IMG/VR virus record: IMGVR_UViG_3300002220_000288
Coordinates: 33,491-97,490 of that record
Length of the DNA: 64,000 nt
From: a virus
Lineage: Duplodnaviria; Caudoviricetes
Direction: 5' to 3' (one strand)
A program made the position numbers and the translations under genes. How positions within the stretch are numbered: the stretch's first letter is position 1; each line of letters begins with the position of its first letter. Below are positions 55,037 to 63,230 of this stretch, one piece after another. Below the pieces are notes generated by a model, which had not been told where the DNA came from, did no database searches, and saw nothing but the letters and a program-made list of their open reading frames with translations.

Positions 55037-55062
55037 AGTTAACCAGTGGGGGGGGAAAAGCA

Positions 55063-55218
55063 ATGAGCAATAGCGATGAAATCTGTGATTTCAACGCAGA
55101 CGGCTACGGCAATAGCGACGGCTCCGGCAGTGGCGACGGCTACGGCTCCGGCAATGGCTACGGTTACGGCGACGGCGACGGCTCCGGCCTTCAAGACAAA
55201 GGAGGATCTAATGACTAA
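55063..55218 (+). CDS. Gly-rich (GxG) microprotein 1, 51 aa (not in the ORF track)
   Basis: MSNSDEICDFNADGYGNSDGSGSGDGYGSGNGYGYGDGDGSGLQDKGGSND. Confidence 0.6.
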   Translation: MSNSDEICDFNADGYGNSDGSGSGDGYGSGNGYGYGDGDGSGLQDKGGSND

Positions 55219-55468
55219 CGAAGAACACGGCAGCGGCAGCGGCGGCAGCGGTTACGGCCGGGGCTATGGCGACGGCTACGGCAACAGCTCAGGCTTTAAC
55301 AATGGCTCCGGCAGCGGAGGAGGCAGGGGCTACAATAGCGGCTACGGCGACGGCGACGGCGGCGGCCACGGCAGCGGCTTGGGTTTCAGTAACGGCAGCG
55401 GAAGCGTTGACGGAAGCGGTGAGGGCTTAGGTAATAGCAGCGGCAGCGAAGACGGTTGCGGCTACTAA
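55211..55468 (+). CDS. Gly-rich (GxG) microprotein 2, 85 aa
   Basis: AAAGGAGGA RBS; MTNEEHGSGSGG... Confidence 0.7.
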   Translation: MTNEEHGSGSGGSGYGRGYGDGYGNSSGFNNGSGSGGGRGYNSGYGDGDGGGHGSGLGFSNGSGSVDGSGEGLGNSSGSEDGCGY

Positions 55469-55486
55469 GGTAAAGGAGAAAAGCGA

Positions 55487-55744
55487 ATGAATAACGAAGA
55501 ACGCGGCAGAGGTAGCGGGTATAGCGACGGCGACGGCTGCGGCTGGGGATACGGCGACGATATCACCGCTGGCGACGGCTACAGATCCGGCGACGGCTCC
55601 GGCAAAGGCTACGGCACGGCCTACGGCGACGGCGGAGGATGCGACAGCGGCACAGGACACGGCAGCGGCTGGAGCGACGGCTACGGCAAAAACAGAGGAT
55701 ACGGCAACGGCTGGGGCTTCAGCGATGGCGACGGGAAAAGCTAA
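55487..55744 (+). CDS. Gly-rich (GxG) microprotein 3, 85 aa
   Basis: TAAAGGAGAAAAG RBS; MNNEERGRGSGY... Confidence 0.7.
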   Translation: MNNEERGRGSGYSDGDGCGWGYGDDITAGDGYRSGDGSGKGYGTAYGDGGGCDSGTGHGSGWSDGYGKNRGYGNGWGFSDGDGKS

Positions 55745-55762
55745 TACAAAGGAGAAAAGCGA

Positions 55763-56416
55763 ATGTGTTTAATCATTGCATCTAAGACGGGCGAACTACC
55801 CAACAAAGACATTCTAACCCGCGCATGGGACGGGAACCCCCACGGATGGGGCCTCATGACGATGAAGGAGGACCAGCTAACAATCACCAAGGGACTAGCC
55901 AAAGACTCGCTAGAGAAGACCATCAAACAGCAGATAGTCCCCGGCACTCCCTACGTTCTTCATTACCGATGGGCGACTCACGGGCCGAAGACGCGGGATA
56001 ACTGCCACCCGTTTGAAGTAACGCCGTATCTCTACATGGCGCATAACGGAGTCATTAGCGGAATCGACATAACCGATGAGTCCCGATCCGACTCCTACCA
56101 CTTTGCGGCCAAATTAGCGGAGATCGGTCTAGATGAGGACACGCTACAGGAAAAGGAGGTACAGGACTGCATCGCCGATTGGGTAGGCTGGGGAAACAAG
56201 CTTGTCTTTATGGACTCCCAAGGCCGCATAACCATCATTAACGAGGATATGGGCGAGACCGTGGGCAATATCTGGTACAGCAACAACCTTGCCATTGACG
56301 AAGCGGCCTATTGGCGCGAAGAAGCGGCCTACCTCCAGCGACAGCTAGACTGGGTAACGAACGAGTATCAAACATTCCGCGCTATCGACACAGCGATCAG
56401 CGGCGGCGGCAATTAA
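55763..56416 (+). CDS. Class II (Ntn) glutamine amidotransferase 1
   Basis: N-terminal Cys (MCLII), NPHGWG, HYRWATHG, NCHPF, AHNG, SDS. Confidence 0.88.
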   Translation: MCLIIASKTGELPNKDILTRAWDGNPHGWGLMTMKEDQLTITKGLAKDSLEKTIKQQIVPGTPYVLHYRWATHGPKTRDNCHPFEVTPYLYMAHNGVISGIDITDESRSDSYHFAAKLAEIGLDEDTLQEKEVQDCIADWVGWGNKLVFMDSQGRITIINEDMGETVGNIWYSNNLAIDEAAYWREEAAYLQRQLDWVTNEYQTFRAIDTAISGGGN

Positions 56417-56445
56417 CCGATTAACGATTAAAGGAGGATAGCCCC

Positions 56446-57651
56446 ATGCCATGTGACCGTTGTGATGCAGTATCGACAACCCACCGCATCCACGCCGATA
56501 ACGGCGATCCGGTAATGCTGAACGAGGATGAAGAACTAGTTGTTTGTACGCTAGTTTGCGAGGAGTGCCGCGACCGCTTTAACGGAGGGTCTGAGTTGGC
56601 TAATTGCCCGGTTTGCGGGATACTAGTACGGGAGAACGACCTGAGCGATACTCCGGCGACAGCACACCATGAGAGTATCATGTGTTCCCGCTGTGTTAAC
56701 CACCATCTTTTCGTCTGTGTAGCCTGCGATGAGTTGCAGAACAATAGCGAACGCTGGGGGGAATCGGATAACGGGCCTATCTGCATGGGCTGCTCTGATG
56801 ATTACGGAGTCTGTGATTCCTGCGGCTGCGTGAGACCGACAGATGATCTCAGTTATTCCGACCGAAACGGAGAATACTATTGCAGCGGTTGCGACAGGCC
56901 GGAGTCGGAACACGTTCACGATTACTGCTACAAGCCTGCTCCCGTATTCCATGGCTCTCCTAACGGACGGGCTGAAAAAGGCAAGCTGTACTATGGTTGT
57001 GAGCTGGAAGTGGAGCTAAACAACTCAGACATGGACGAAAAAGCGGAGGAGGTTCTTGACAAGCTGGGCGAGGATCACGTTTACCTGAAAGAGGACGGCA
57101 GCATTAACCACGGCTTCGAGATCGTAACCCATCCGCACACCTGGGAGGCTATCACGAAGCTATGGAAAGAGGACTGGTACGACGGCGTAAAGGGCCTAAA
57201 AAGCCACGATACAGACACTTGCGGATTCCATATCCACGTTTCCCGCAAGGAGCTAACCCGGCTGCACATACAAAAAATCGTTGTCTTCATCAATGCGCCG
57301 GAAAACTGGGGGTTTGTGAAGCGGATAGCCCAGCGGGACGCTTCACAATGGGCGGCGCTTAAAACGGGTAAGACGATAGGCAAGTGCGGGACTAGTTACG
57401 ACCGATACGAAGCGGTTAATATCTGTAACGATCACACCATCGAGTTCCGTATCTTTAAGGGAAATCTGAAGCGCGACCGCATACTGAAGAATCTCCAGTT
57501 TGTAAAGGCGACAATCGACTTTACCCGCGACCGAAGCTATCGGGAATTGTCCTCTGATAAGTTCGTCGAATTCGTATCAACCAACCGTAAGGCTTACCCC
57601 GAGCTGCACGCTTTCATAAAGGAGACTGAGAACAATGAGCGAAACAGTTAA
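56446..57651 (+). CDS. COOH-NH2 ligase-type amidoligase 1 with N-terminal CxxC zinc fingers
   Basis: GCELEV, KEDGSI, GFEIVTHP, CGFHIHVS, RYEAVN, TIEFRIFKG. Confidence 0.85.
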   Translation: MPCDRCDAVSTTHRIHADNGDPVMLNEDEELVVCTLVCEECRDRFNGGSELANCPVCGILVRENDLSDTPATAHHESIMCSRCVNHHLFVCVACDELQNNSERWGESDNGPICMGCSDDYGVCDSCGCVRPTDDLSYSDRNGEYYCSGCDRPESEHVHDYCYKPAPVFHGSPNGRAEKGKLYYGCELEVELNNSDMDEKAEEVLDKLGEDHVYLKEDGSINHGFEIVTHPHTWEAITKLWKEDWYDGVKGLKSHDTDTCGFHIHVSRKELTRLHIQKIVVFINAPENWGFVKRIAQRDASQWAALKTGKTIGKCGTSYDRYEAVNICNDHTIEFRIFKGNLKRDRILKNLQFVKATIDFTRDRSYRELSSDKFVEFVSTNRKAYPELHAFIKETENNERNS

Positions 57652-57772
57652 GGGCGACGGCGACGGCTACGGCGACGGCTACGGATATAACGACAGTTCT
57701 GGTCACGGGTTTGGCTGCGGAAATGCAAACGACGACGGCAGCGGGTTTATCGACGGAAGCGGCAACGGATGA
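57635..57772 (+). CDS. Gly-rich (GxG) microprotein 4, 45 aa (not in the ORF track)
   Basis: TAAAGGAGA RBS; MSETVKGDGDGYGDGYGYNDSSGHGFGCG... Confidence 0.6.
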   Translation: MSETVKGDGDGYGDGYGYNDSSGHGFGCGNANDDGSGFIDGSGNG

Positions 57773-57787
57773 GAGAAGGAGCGACTA

Positions 57788-58057
57788 ATGGATAACCTAG
57801 CAAAAGGAACAGCGGAAGGGTTCGGTAATGCCGACTGCTATGGCAGAGGCTCCGGTAATGGCCATGGCTCCGGCTGTACTCACGGAGACGGTTTTGGATG
57901 CGGCCATGGCAAAGGCGGCTCCGGCAGAAGGACTATTTGCGACACAGAGGAGGAGATCTATTCGACGCGAGGATACGGCGGCGGCTGGGCCTTCGGCAAG
58001 GGCGGATCTTCTCATGGAGATGGCCTGTCCCATGAAAGCACTGCCGGTGAGGGGTAA
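57788..58057 (+). CDS. Gly-rich microprotein 5, 89 aa
   Basis: AAGGAG RBS; GRGSGNGHGSGC..GDGFGCGHG. Confidence 0.6.
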   Translation: MDNLAKGTAEGFGNADCYGRGSGNGHGSGCTHGDGFGCGHGKGGSGRRTICDTEEEIYSTRGYGGGWAFGKGGSSHGDGLSHESTAGEG

Positions 58058-58061
58058 CCAC

Positions 58062-58262
58062 ATGGAAAGCAAACCCAGGATCGAGCTAACGGTAAGCGAA
58101 GGACCTAGTGATGCTTACTACACCGGAACAGTTCTAACCATCTACCTAAGCACTATCCCATGGAGTCCTGTATACAGCGAGGACCAAGAGGTAATCGCTA
58201 AGAGGCTCCAGAAGCTAATTGACCAACACATTAGCGAGTTAACCGAAGGACTGGGGCGATGA
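58062..58262 (+). CDS. Hypothetical protein
   Basis: GAGGGG RBS, start MESKPRI. Confidence 0.5.
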   Translation: MESKPRIELTVSEGPSDAYYTGTVLTIYLSTIPWSPVYSEDQEVIAKRLQKLIDQHISELTEGLGR

Positions 58263-58465
58263 GCTTTCACTATCGGCTATGCTGTAACCGCCATCCATGC
58301 GTCATTGACGGGGAAACGATGTTCATGTGCCAGCACACGGTCCCCGCTAGACCGATGGACCTGTGGGGCAATTGGGCCTTCGAGGTAGGAGCGCGGCTCA
58401 AAGAGATCGCCCCAGTCTACACAAAAAAATGGGGATTCATCCCCGCATACGAGAGGACAAGATGA
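58259..58465 (+). CDS. Hypothetical protein
   Basis: ATGA-coupled. Confidence 0.5.
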   Translation: MSFHYRLCCNRHPCVIDGETMFMCQHTVPARPMDLWGNWAFEVGARLKEIAPVYTKKWGFIPAYERTR

Positions 58466-58620
58466 CAGAAAAGCAGGTTTGCGCCATCGCTGCCGTAATC
58501 ATTGTAGCCATGGCCGTAATTTTCAAAGGCGTAATAACCGGAGATCGAGACTTAACCAGAATCGGCATACTCGCCGTTGTCTTAGTGTCTGGATTCGTCG
58601 CTTGGACGGTAAGAGACTAA
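58462..58620 (+). CDS. Small membrane protein (2 TM helices)
   Basis: MTEKQVCAIAAVIIVAMAVIF... Confidence 0.55.
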   Translation: MTEKQVCAIAAVIIVAMAVIFKGVITGDRDLTRIGILAVVLVSGFVAWTVRD

Positions 58621-58648
58621 CCGATTAACCAATAAAAGGAGAACAATC

Positions 58649-58891
58649 ATGGAATCAATCAACGTCAGAACCGCAGACCGCAAGCTCAGAGGCAAGCTGA
58701 AATGGATCGCCGTGTACGTTAACGGCGTACAGTGGTACAGGATCACGGCTTACAAGGGATTGAATAAAGACGCCAATCACGACTTCGCGGCAGCGGAGAC
58801 GGCTAAGGCGATGGGGTGGAGCCAGTGGGCGATTGAGTTAACCCACAAGACACGCTCTGACAGGGAGTGGTTACTGCACAAAGTTCAGTAA
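58649..58891 (+). CDS. Hypothetical protein
   Basis: AAAGGAGAA RBS. Confidence 0.6.
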   Translation: MESINVRTADRKLRGKLKWIAVYVNGVQWYRITAYKGLNKDANHDFAAAETAKAMGWSQWAIELTHKTRSDREWLLHKVQ

Positions 58892-58896
58892 CGGCA

Positions 58897-58926
58897 TTGA
58901 CACAACAGTTTAACCAGTGATAAGAT
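58897..58926 (+). promoter_or_regulatory. Promoter TTGACA-N18-TAAGAT (TGn-extended)
   Basis: Consensus -35 and extended -10. Confidence 0.7.
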
Positions 58927-58946
58927 TCTACATATAGGAGGAATAA

Positions 58947-59177
58947 ATGAACAATCAAGCGGACAACCTGCATGAAGCAATGGTAAGCGGTAAACTCTGG
59001 GCGGCTACCCTGTGCGCCGGGGACCACTTCCCCGGATGTAGGCCCAAGGCGGAAGCCCTCTACCCAAGCAGCAAAGCAAAGGCGGATATGTTTATCACTG
59101 GTGCGCTGGACGTACTCGACCGGACCAACCTCTACGTTAGCGATAACGGAATCATTACCAAGATCGAAAGGACCTAA
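58947..59177 (+). CDS. Hypothetical protein (paralog of 51057-51284)
   Basis: AGGAGG RBS; shared motif. Confidence 0.65.
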   Translation: MNNQADNLHEAMVSGKLWAATLCAGDHFPGCRPKAEALYPSSKAKADMFITGALDVLDRTNLYVSDNGIITKIERT

Positions 59178-59179
59178 TC

Positions 59180-59317
59180 ATGAATGACGCCTATGAATTT
59201 CTTTTTTGCCCGGTGCATGGAGTTTTCTCTGCCCGGAACTGGCCGACACTTGCGCCGATCATGGCGACTAGTGTATCCTATGTTCTACTCTGCTGGAGAA
59301 TGAAGAGAGGAGAATAG
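59180..59317 (+). CDS. 45-aa microprotein
   Basis: AAAGGA RBS; MNDAYEFLFCPVHG...; fills the intergenic gap. Confidence 0.45.
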   Translation: MNDAYEFLFCPVHGVFSARNWPTLAPIMATSVSYVLLCWRMKRGE

Positions 59318-59318
59318 T

Positions 59319-60620
59319 ATGCCTTTTGAATACAACTGCGGTGCGTGCGGGACAGCTTGCAGTGTGAGAGATAGAGATTGGGCATGGACAATAGCTGGCA
59401 ACTACGGGTGGCCAGTAGTTGCCAGCGAAGACGGCAGCCTTAGACCGTTGTCTGGGGATAGCCGTATAGTGTGCCGCCCATGCTGCGATGCTTACTACAG
59501 CAGCATGGGGGAGCGAGTAACCTGCCCGTGCTGCGATAGAAACGTGCGGATTAACGAACTAAGCCATATGCGGCGAGATGTCAGGCCAAGCACCCGCCCA
59601 AGAATTCAGGTCGGCTGCAACCACTGCATTCACGAAGCAACATTTAGCTGCCAGCATTGCGGTGAATACGTAAGCCGGGAGAACAACGAGGGCAGACAAA
59701 CCTCCGGCAACTTCGGGCTTGCTTGCGAAGAGTGCTATCAGAGCTTTTACTCGGAATGTCACAACTGCGGGAACGCTTGCAGGAGCACATACGTCCAGAA
59801 CTGGTACGGAAATCCTTACTGCGAGGAGTGCTATGGGGCCGCAACCGGAGACAAGCCTATCTTTAACTACAGCTTCAAGCCTAAGCCTAAGTTTTTTGGC
59901 TCAAAGCGGCATAACGAAAAAGCCCTTTACTTCGGCTGCGAGCTAGAGGTAGCGGTGGATGGCGACGATGACGACATTGAAGAGAAAGCCGTAGAAGTCG
60001 CGGCGCTAATGAAGGAACGGGCCTATCTAAAGAAGGACTCCAGTATTGGCCGGGGCTTCGAGGTCGTAACCCACCCGCATACCTGGGAAGAGATTCGCAA
60101 GCTATGGCAGGAACAGTGGCACGAAGACATTCTTGGCCTATCCTCCCACACTTCGGGCACCTGCGGGTTTCACGTCCATGTTTCCCGCGCACCACTAACG
60201 AAGATGCATATCCAGAAGATCGTTGTCTTCATTAACGCGCCAGAGAACCATGATCTAGTGAAGACGGTAGCGCAACGGGCTTGCAACAAGTGGGGGATAC
60301 TGAAGGCGGACAAAAAGATCGGCCATTGCAGCCATAGCCAAGAACGCTATGAGGCCGTCAACCTGGAAAACAAGCACACGATTGAGTTTCGCATCTTTCG
60401 CGGCAATATGCGAAAAGACCGGATACTGAAGAACCTGGAGTTCGTCAAAGCCACAATCGACTTCACCCGTGACCGAAGCTACAGGGAACTTTCAGCCGGA
60501 AGATTCCTAGAGTTCGTTAAGGCCAACCAAAAAGAGTTCCCTAACCTCGACGAGTATCTCTCAAGCAGAGCATTTCACCCTAACCCCCGCTATGTCGGGA
60601 CAAGAACCACAGAGAAATAG
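59319..60620 (+). CDS. COOH-NH2 ligase-type amidoligase 2 with N-terminal CxxC zinc fingers
   Basis: GCELEV, KKDSSI, GFEVVTHP, CGFHVHVS, RYEAVN, TIEFRIFRG. Confidence 0.85.
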   Translation: MPFEYNCGACGTACSVRDRDWAWTIAGNYGWPVVASEDGSLRPLSGDSRIVCRPCCDAYYSSMGERVTCPCCDRNVRINELSHMRRDVRPSTRPRIQVGCNHCIHEATFSCQHCGEYVSRENNEGRQTSGNFGLACEECYQSFYSECHNCGNACRSTYVQNWYGNPYCEECYGAATGDKPIFNYSFKPKPKFFGSKRHNEKALYFGCELEVAVDGDDDDIEEKAVEVAALMKERAYLKKDSSIGRGFEVVTHPHTWEEIRKLWQEQWHEDILGLSSHTSGTCGFHVHVSRAPLTKMHIQKIVVFINAPENHDLVKTVAQRACNKWGILKADKKIGHCSHSQERYEAVNLENKHTIEFRIFRGNMRKDRILKNLEFVKATIDFTRDRSYRELSAGRFLEFVKANQKEFPNLDEYLSSRAFHPNPRYVGTRTTEK

Positions 60621-60632
60621 AGGAGAAAAGAA

Positions 60633-61602
60633 TATGTGCTTAATCATTGCATCGCCTACCGGAGAAGTCCCCACTTGCGGGGTAATCGAGCGCGGCTGGA
60701 ACGATAACCCGCATGGATGGGGACTCATGCAGTCAGACGGCTCCGAACTAATCGTCAACAAAGGCATGAAGTTCAACGAACTACAGCCGCTACTTGAAAA
60801 AGCGAAGGGCAACCCCTACGTCCTGCACTACCGCTTCGCCACCCACGGCACCAAGAACCTCGACAACTGCCACCCGTTTCGCGTTACTAAGCGGCTTTAC
60901 ATGGCACACAACGGCATCATTGCAATCGAGCAGAAGAATAAGCTAATGTCGGACACTTGGCATTACGCCCAAGAGTTGCGACAGCTTGGGATCGACCACG
61001 ATAATGTCAGCGACGAAGAGATTATCTCCATGCTGGGCACCTGGGTAGGCAACTACAACAAGCTAGCCTTCCTTTCCGACTCCGGCAATATCACGCTGGT
61101 TAACGAGAAGTCAGGCACCTGGAAAGATGGCATCTGGTACAGCAATACGCACTCGTTCTACGAACAGGTTGAATACACCCGGTACAGCAGGTATTACTCC
61201 CACCACTACCAGCAGCGGCAGGCGAGTTGGGACTGGGACAAGTACAACGAACCGGATCAGGCTTGGGTTCGCGGCTGGGATATCCCTACCCAGAACAGCG
61301 GGAAGATGACCAAAGGCGACATCATTACCGCTCAAGACCTGAAAACCTGGGAGGACGGCTCCGACATCTGGGCGCATTGCGAGTATTGCAACGAGCTTGA
61401 CTGGTTAGATATCGTTCCAGAGTGCGACGACATGACGCTCTGTGTCCCATGCCGCAAGGTGCTAACCCCACTGTTCCAGACCGATCAGCCGGAGGGCCTC
61501 AACGCCGGGGTCTTCTATGACAGCAACGGAGTTCCCTATTCTTGGGACGACGTGGACGAGAGCATCGCCGTTGTACGCCAAGCCTACGAATGGCGGAGCT
61601 AA
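60633..61602 (+). CDS. Class II (Ntn) glutamine amidotransferase 2 with a C-terminal extension
   Basis: True start MCLIIASP at 60633 (AGGAGAAAA RBS); HYRFATHG, NCHPF, AHNG; C-terminal CxxC..CxxC. Confidence 0.87.
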
Positions 61603-61607
61603 CAGTC

Positions 61608-62024
61608 ATGTCATATCGGGTAACGGTAATCGCAGACTTCAACGGCAATATGTATGTAGGGGCGGACAAGCGGCCAATCGCGCTTGCCGCCGCCTCCCCT
61701 ATCGCAGAGGTAAAGCTGTACAGCAGCCAGCTACGCTTCGCTGTATCAGCTAAAGACGAAAGCGGCAGGGTATTCGTAACGACACGAAGGAAGGCCGCTA
61801 AGAACGGCTGGACCCTTCTTCGAGATGCCGATAACAAGGACATCAGCGAATACGAACAGCAAGACCCGAAGCCAGTAGTCGCATCCCTCGCTGCCGTGCA
61901 AAAGATCAGACACTCAGCAATGGCAGATGGCATCGAGTGGTGCGCCATGCAACTTCCTGACACTCTCAAGCTAGTCAGAGATGAATGGGTGAAGGAGGCT
62001 GGCAAGCTAAGGGGCGATTCGTGA
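61608..62024 (+). CDS. Hypothetical protein
   Basis: GGAG RBS, start MSYRV. Confidence 0.55.
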   Translation: MSYRVTVIADFNGNMYVGADKRPIALAAASPIAEVKLYSSQLRFAVSAKDESGRVFVTTRRKAAKNGWTLLRDADNKDISEYEQQDPKPVVASLAAVQKIRHSAMADGIEWCAMQLPDTLKLVRDEWVKEAGKLRGDS

Positions 62025-62323
62025 CAAGAAAAGAACTTGTCGAATGGGCAAAGAGGCGCGGCTGGAAGAGTGAGCGCGTGGGATTGGGGAGCGGCAAGTC
62101 TAAGCTAATAGTTAGCTGCTACATAAAACTCTCTCTTCACAACCACAGGATGAGGGCTTACAACAAAGTCGTTATCTTCGAGACCGAAAAGGAAGGCCGC
62201 TGGAAAGAGATAAAGACTTGGGAGCTAGGCAGGCTCAGGGTGGCGGCTAACGGAAACATCATAGAGGTAAAGAGAGATGAGCATCAGGGATCGACTGTTA
62301 AACCTTCAGTTCAATTCAATTGA
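62021..62323 (+). CDS. Hypothetical basic protein
   Basis: GTGA-coupled start. Confidence 0.5.
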   Translation: MTRKELVEWAKRRGWKSERVGLGSGKSKLIVSCYIKLSLHNHRMRAYNKVVIFETEKEGRWKEIKTWELGRLRVAANGNIIEVKRDEHQGSTVKPSVQFN

Positions 62324-62510
62324 CAGTTTCCCGTGGCGCGATGATTCGGTCCCGGCAGGCGTCGTATTATTATTCCCTAATGGTGAGCCAATCTTAATCG
62401 GTCACGACTTACAAGGGTCTGTATCCACGCACTTCACCGGGGGGCTTCCCTGGAAAGATCAACTAACCCCAGACTCAGGGATAAAGTGGGCCTGGGTGAT
62501 TAACGAATAA
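62277..62510 (+). CDS. Hypothetical protein
   Basis: GAGG RBS. Confidence 0.5.
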   Translation: MSIRDRLLNLQFNSIDSFPWRDDSVPAGVVLLFPNGEPILIGHDLQGSVSTHFTGGLPWKDQLTPDSGIKWAWVINE

Positions 62511-62522
62511 AAGGAGACCAAT

Positions 62523-62900
62523 ATGAAATACGCACAAGCAGCAAAGCACTTTCCCAAAGCTATCGAAGCAATGCTCGAATTGGACAGCAAGGAGGAAGTG
62601 ACAAGAGAAAAGGCGCTGGGCAGATGGAACAAGATCGACTTGGAGATTCAGCGGGAATTCATGTCTAACCCTGAAGCAATGACCCAGATTGCGCTAATGG
62701 CAGACGGGTTCATGATGTCACTTACGGAAACAGTAGAAAAGATCAACTCACTGCCGCAAGACGACGACACTTACAAGTCAGCTTCCCTTCTCTACTTGGA
62801 ATTGATAACCTCCGCTATTGTTCGTTCGTTTGCGATCGGCGTTCACTGCCAGCGAGAAGTCTCTGAAGTCGAACTTCTGAACTCTCTTGTGGAGAAGTAG
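62523..62900 (+). CDS. Hypothetical helical protein
   Basis: AAAGGAGA RBS. Confidence 0.6.
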   Translation: MKYAQAAKHFPKAIEAMLELDSKEEVTREKALGRWNKIDLEIQREFMSNPEAMTQIALMADGFMMSLTETVEKINSLPQDDDTYKSASLLYLELITSAIVRSFAIGVHCQREVSEVELLNSLVEK

Positions 62901-63147
62901 CGCCGGAGCCTCCGAAGCGTTTCATGGCGGCGAGAGAGGCGACGATCTTTTCCAGGTTCTTAACCCTAGCCTCAAGGCTTTTTAGCTTGGGGTTTCCGGC
63001 AGGCTCTAGTCCACTGCGTAGTTTTTCTTCCTCGATAACTCTATAGCCATAAGTAAAATGGCATCCCACAGTAGAGATGATCTCTTTGGACGAGAGTCCG
63101 GCCTTCATCAATTCAATGATTCGCTCTTTATGGGTAATCCTTTTCAT
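62815..63147 (-). CDS. Putative HTH regulator with coiled coil
   Basis: RIIELMKAGLSSKEI...VGC...Y.Y; divergent from the parB-like gene. Confidence 0.55.
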   Translation of the reverse strand: MKRITHKERIIELMKAGLSSKEIISTVGCHFTYGYRVIEEEKLRSGLEPAGNPKLKSLEARVKNLEKIVASLAAMKRFGGSGATSPQESSEVRLQRLLAGSERRSQTNEQ

Positions 63148-63165
63148 GCTTCCTCAAATTTGGGG

Positions 63166-63194
63166 TTGCAAACTCTTCCACACTATAGTAGCAT
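63166..63194 (+). promoter_or_regulatory. Promoter TTGCAA-N17-TAGCAT
   Basis: Upstream of the parB-like gene. Confidence 0.55.
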
Positions 63195-63230
63195 TGTCTT
63201 GTCGCTGTTGCGGCAAAAGGAGAAAACAGA

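Noticed and set aside
55076-55210. N-terminal ATAT-rich part of ORF 55076-55468
   Set aside because: Off-frame reading of Gly-rich peptide 1; the real start is 55211 with a strong RBS.
55063-55744. CRISPR array or DGR-like repeats
   Set aside because: The repeats are GGC-NNN codon periodicity in coding sequence; there is no repeat-spacer structure and no reverse transcriptase or cas gene in the window.
60592-60632. Upstream start of GATase 2
   Set aside because: Ntn amidotransferases need an N-terminal Cys, and the RBS supports ATG 60633.
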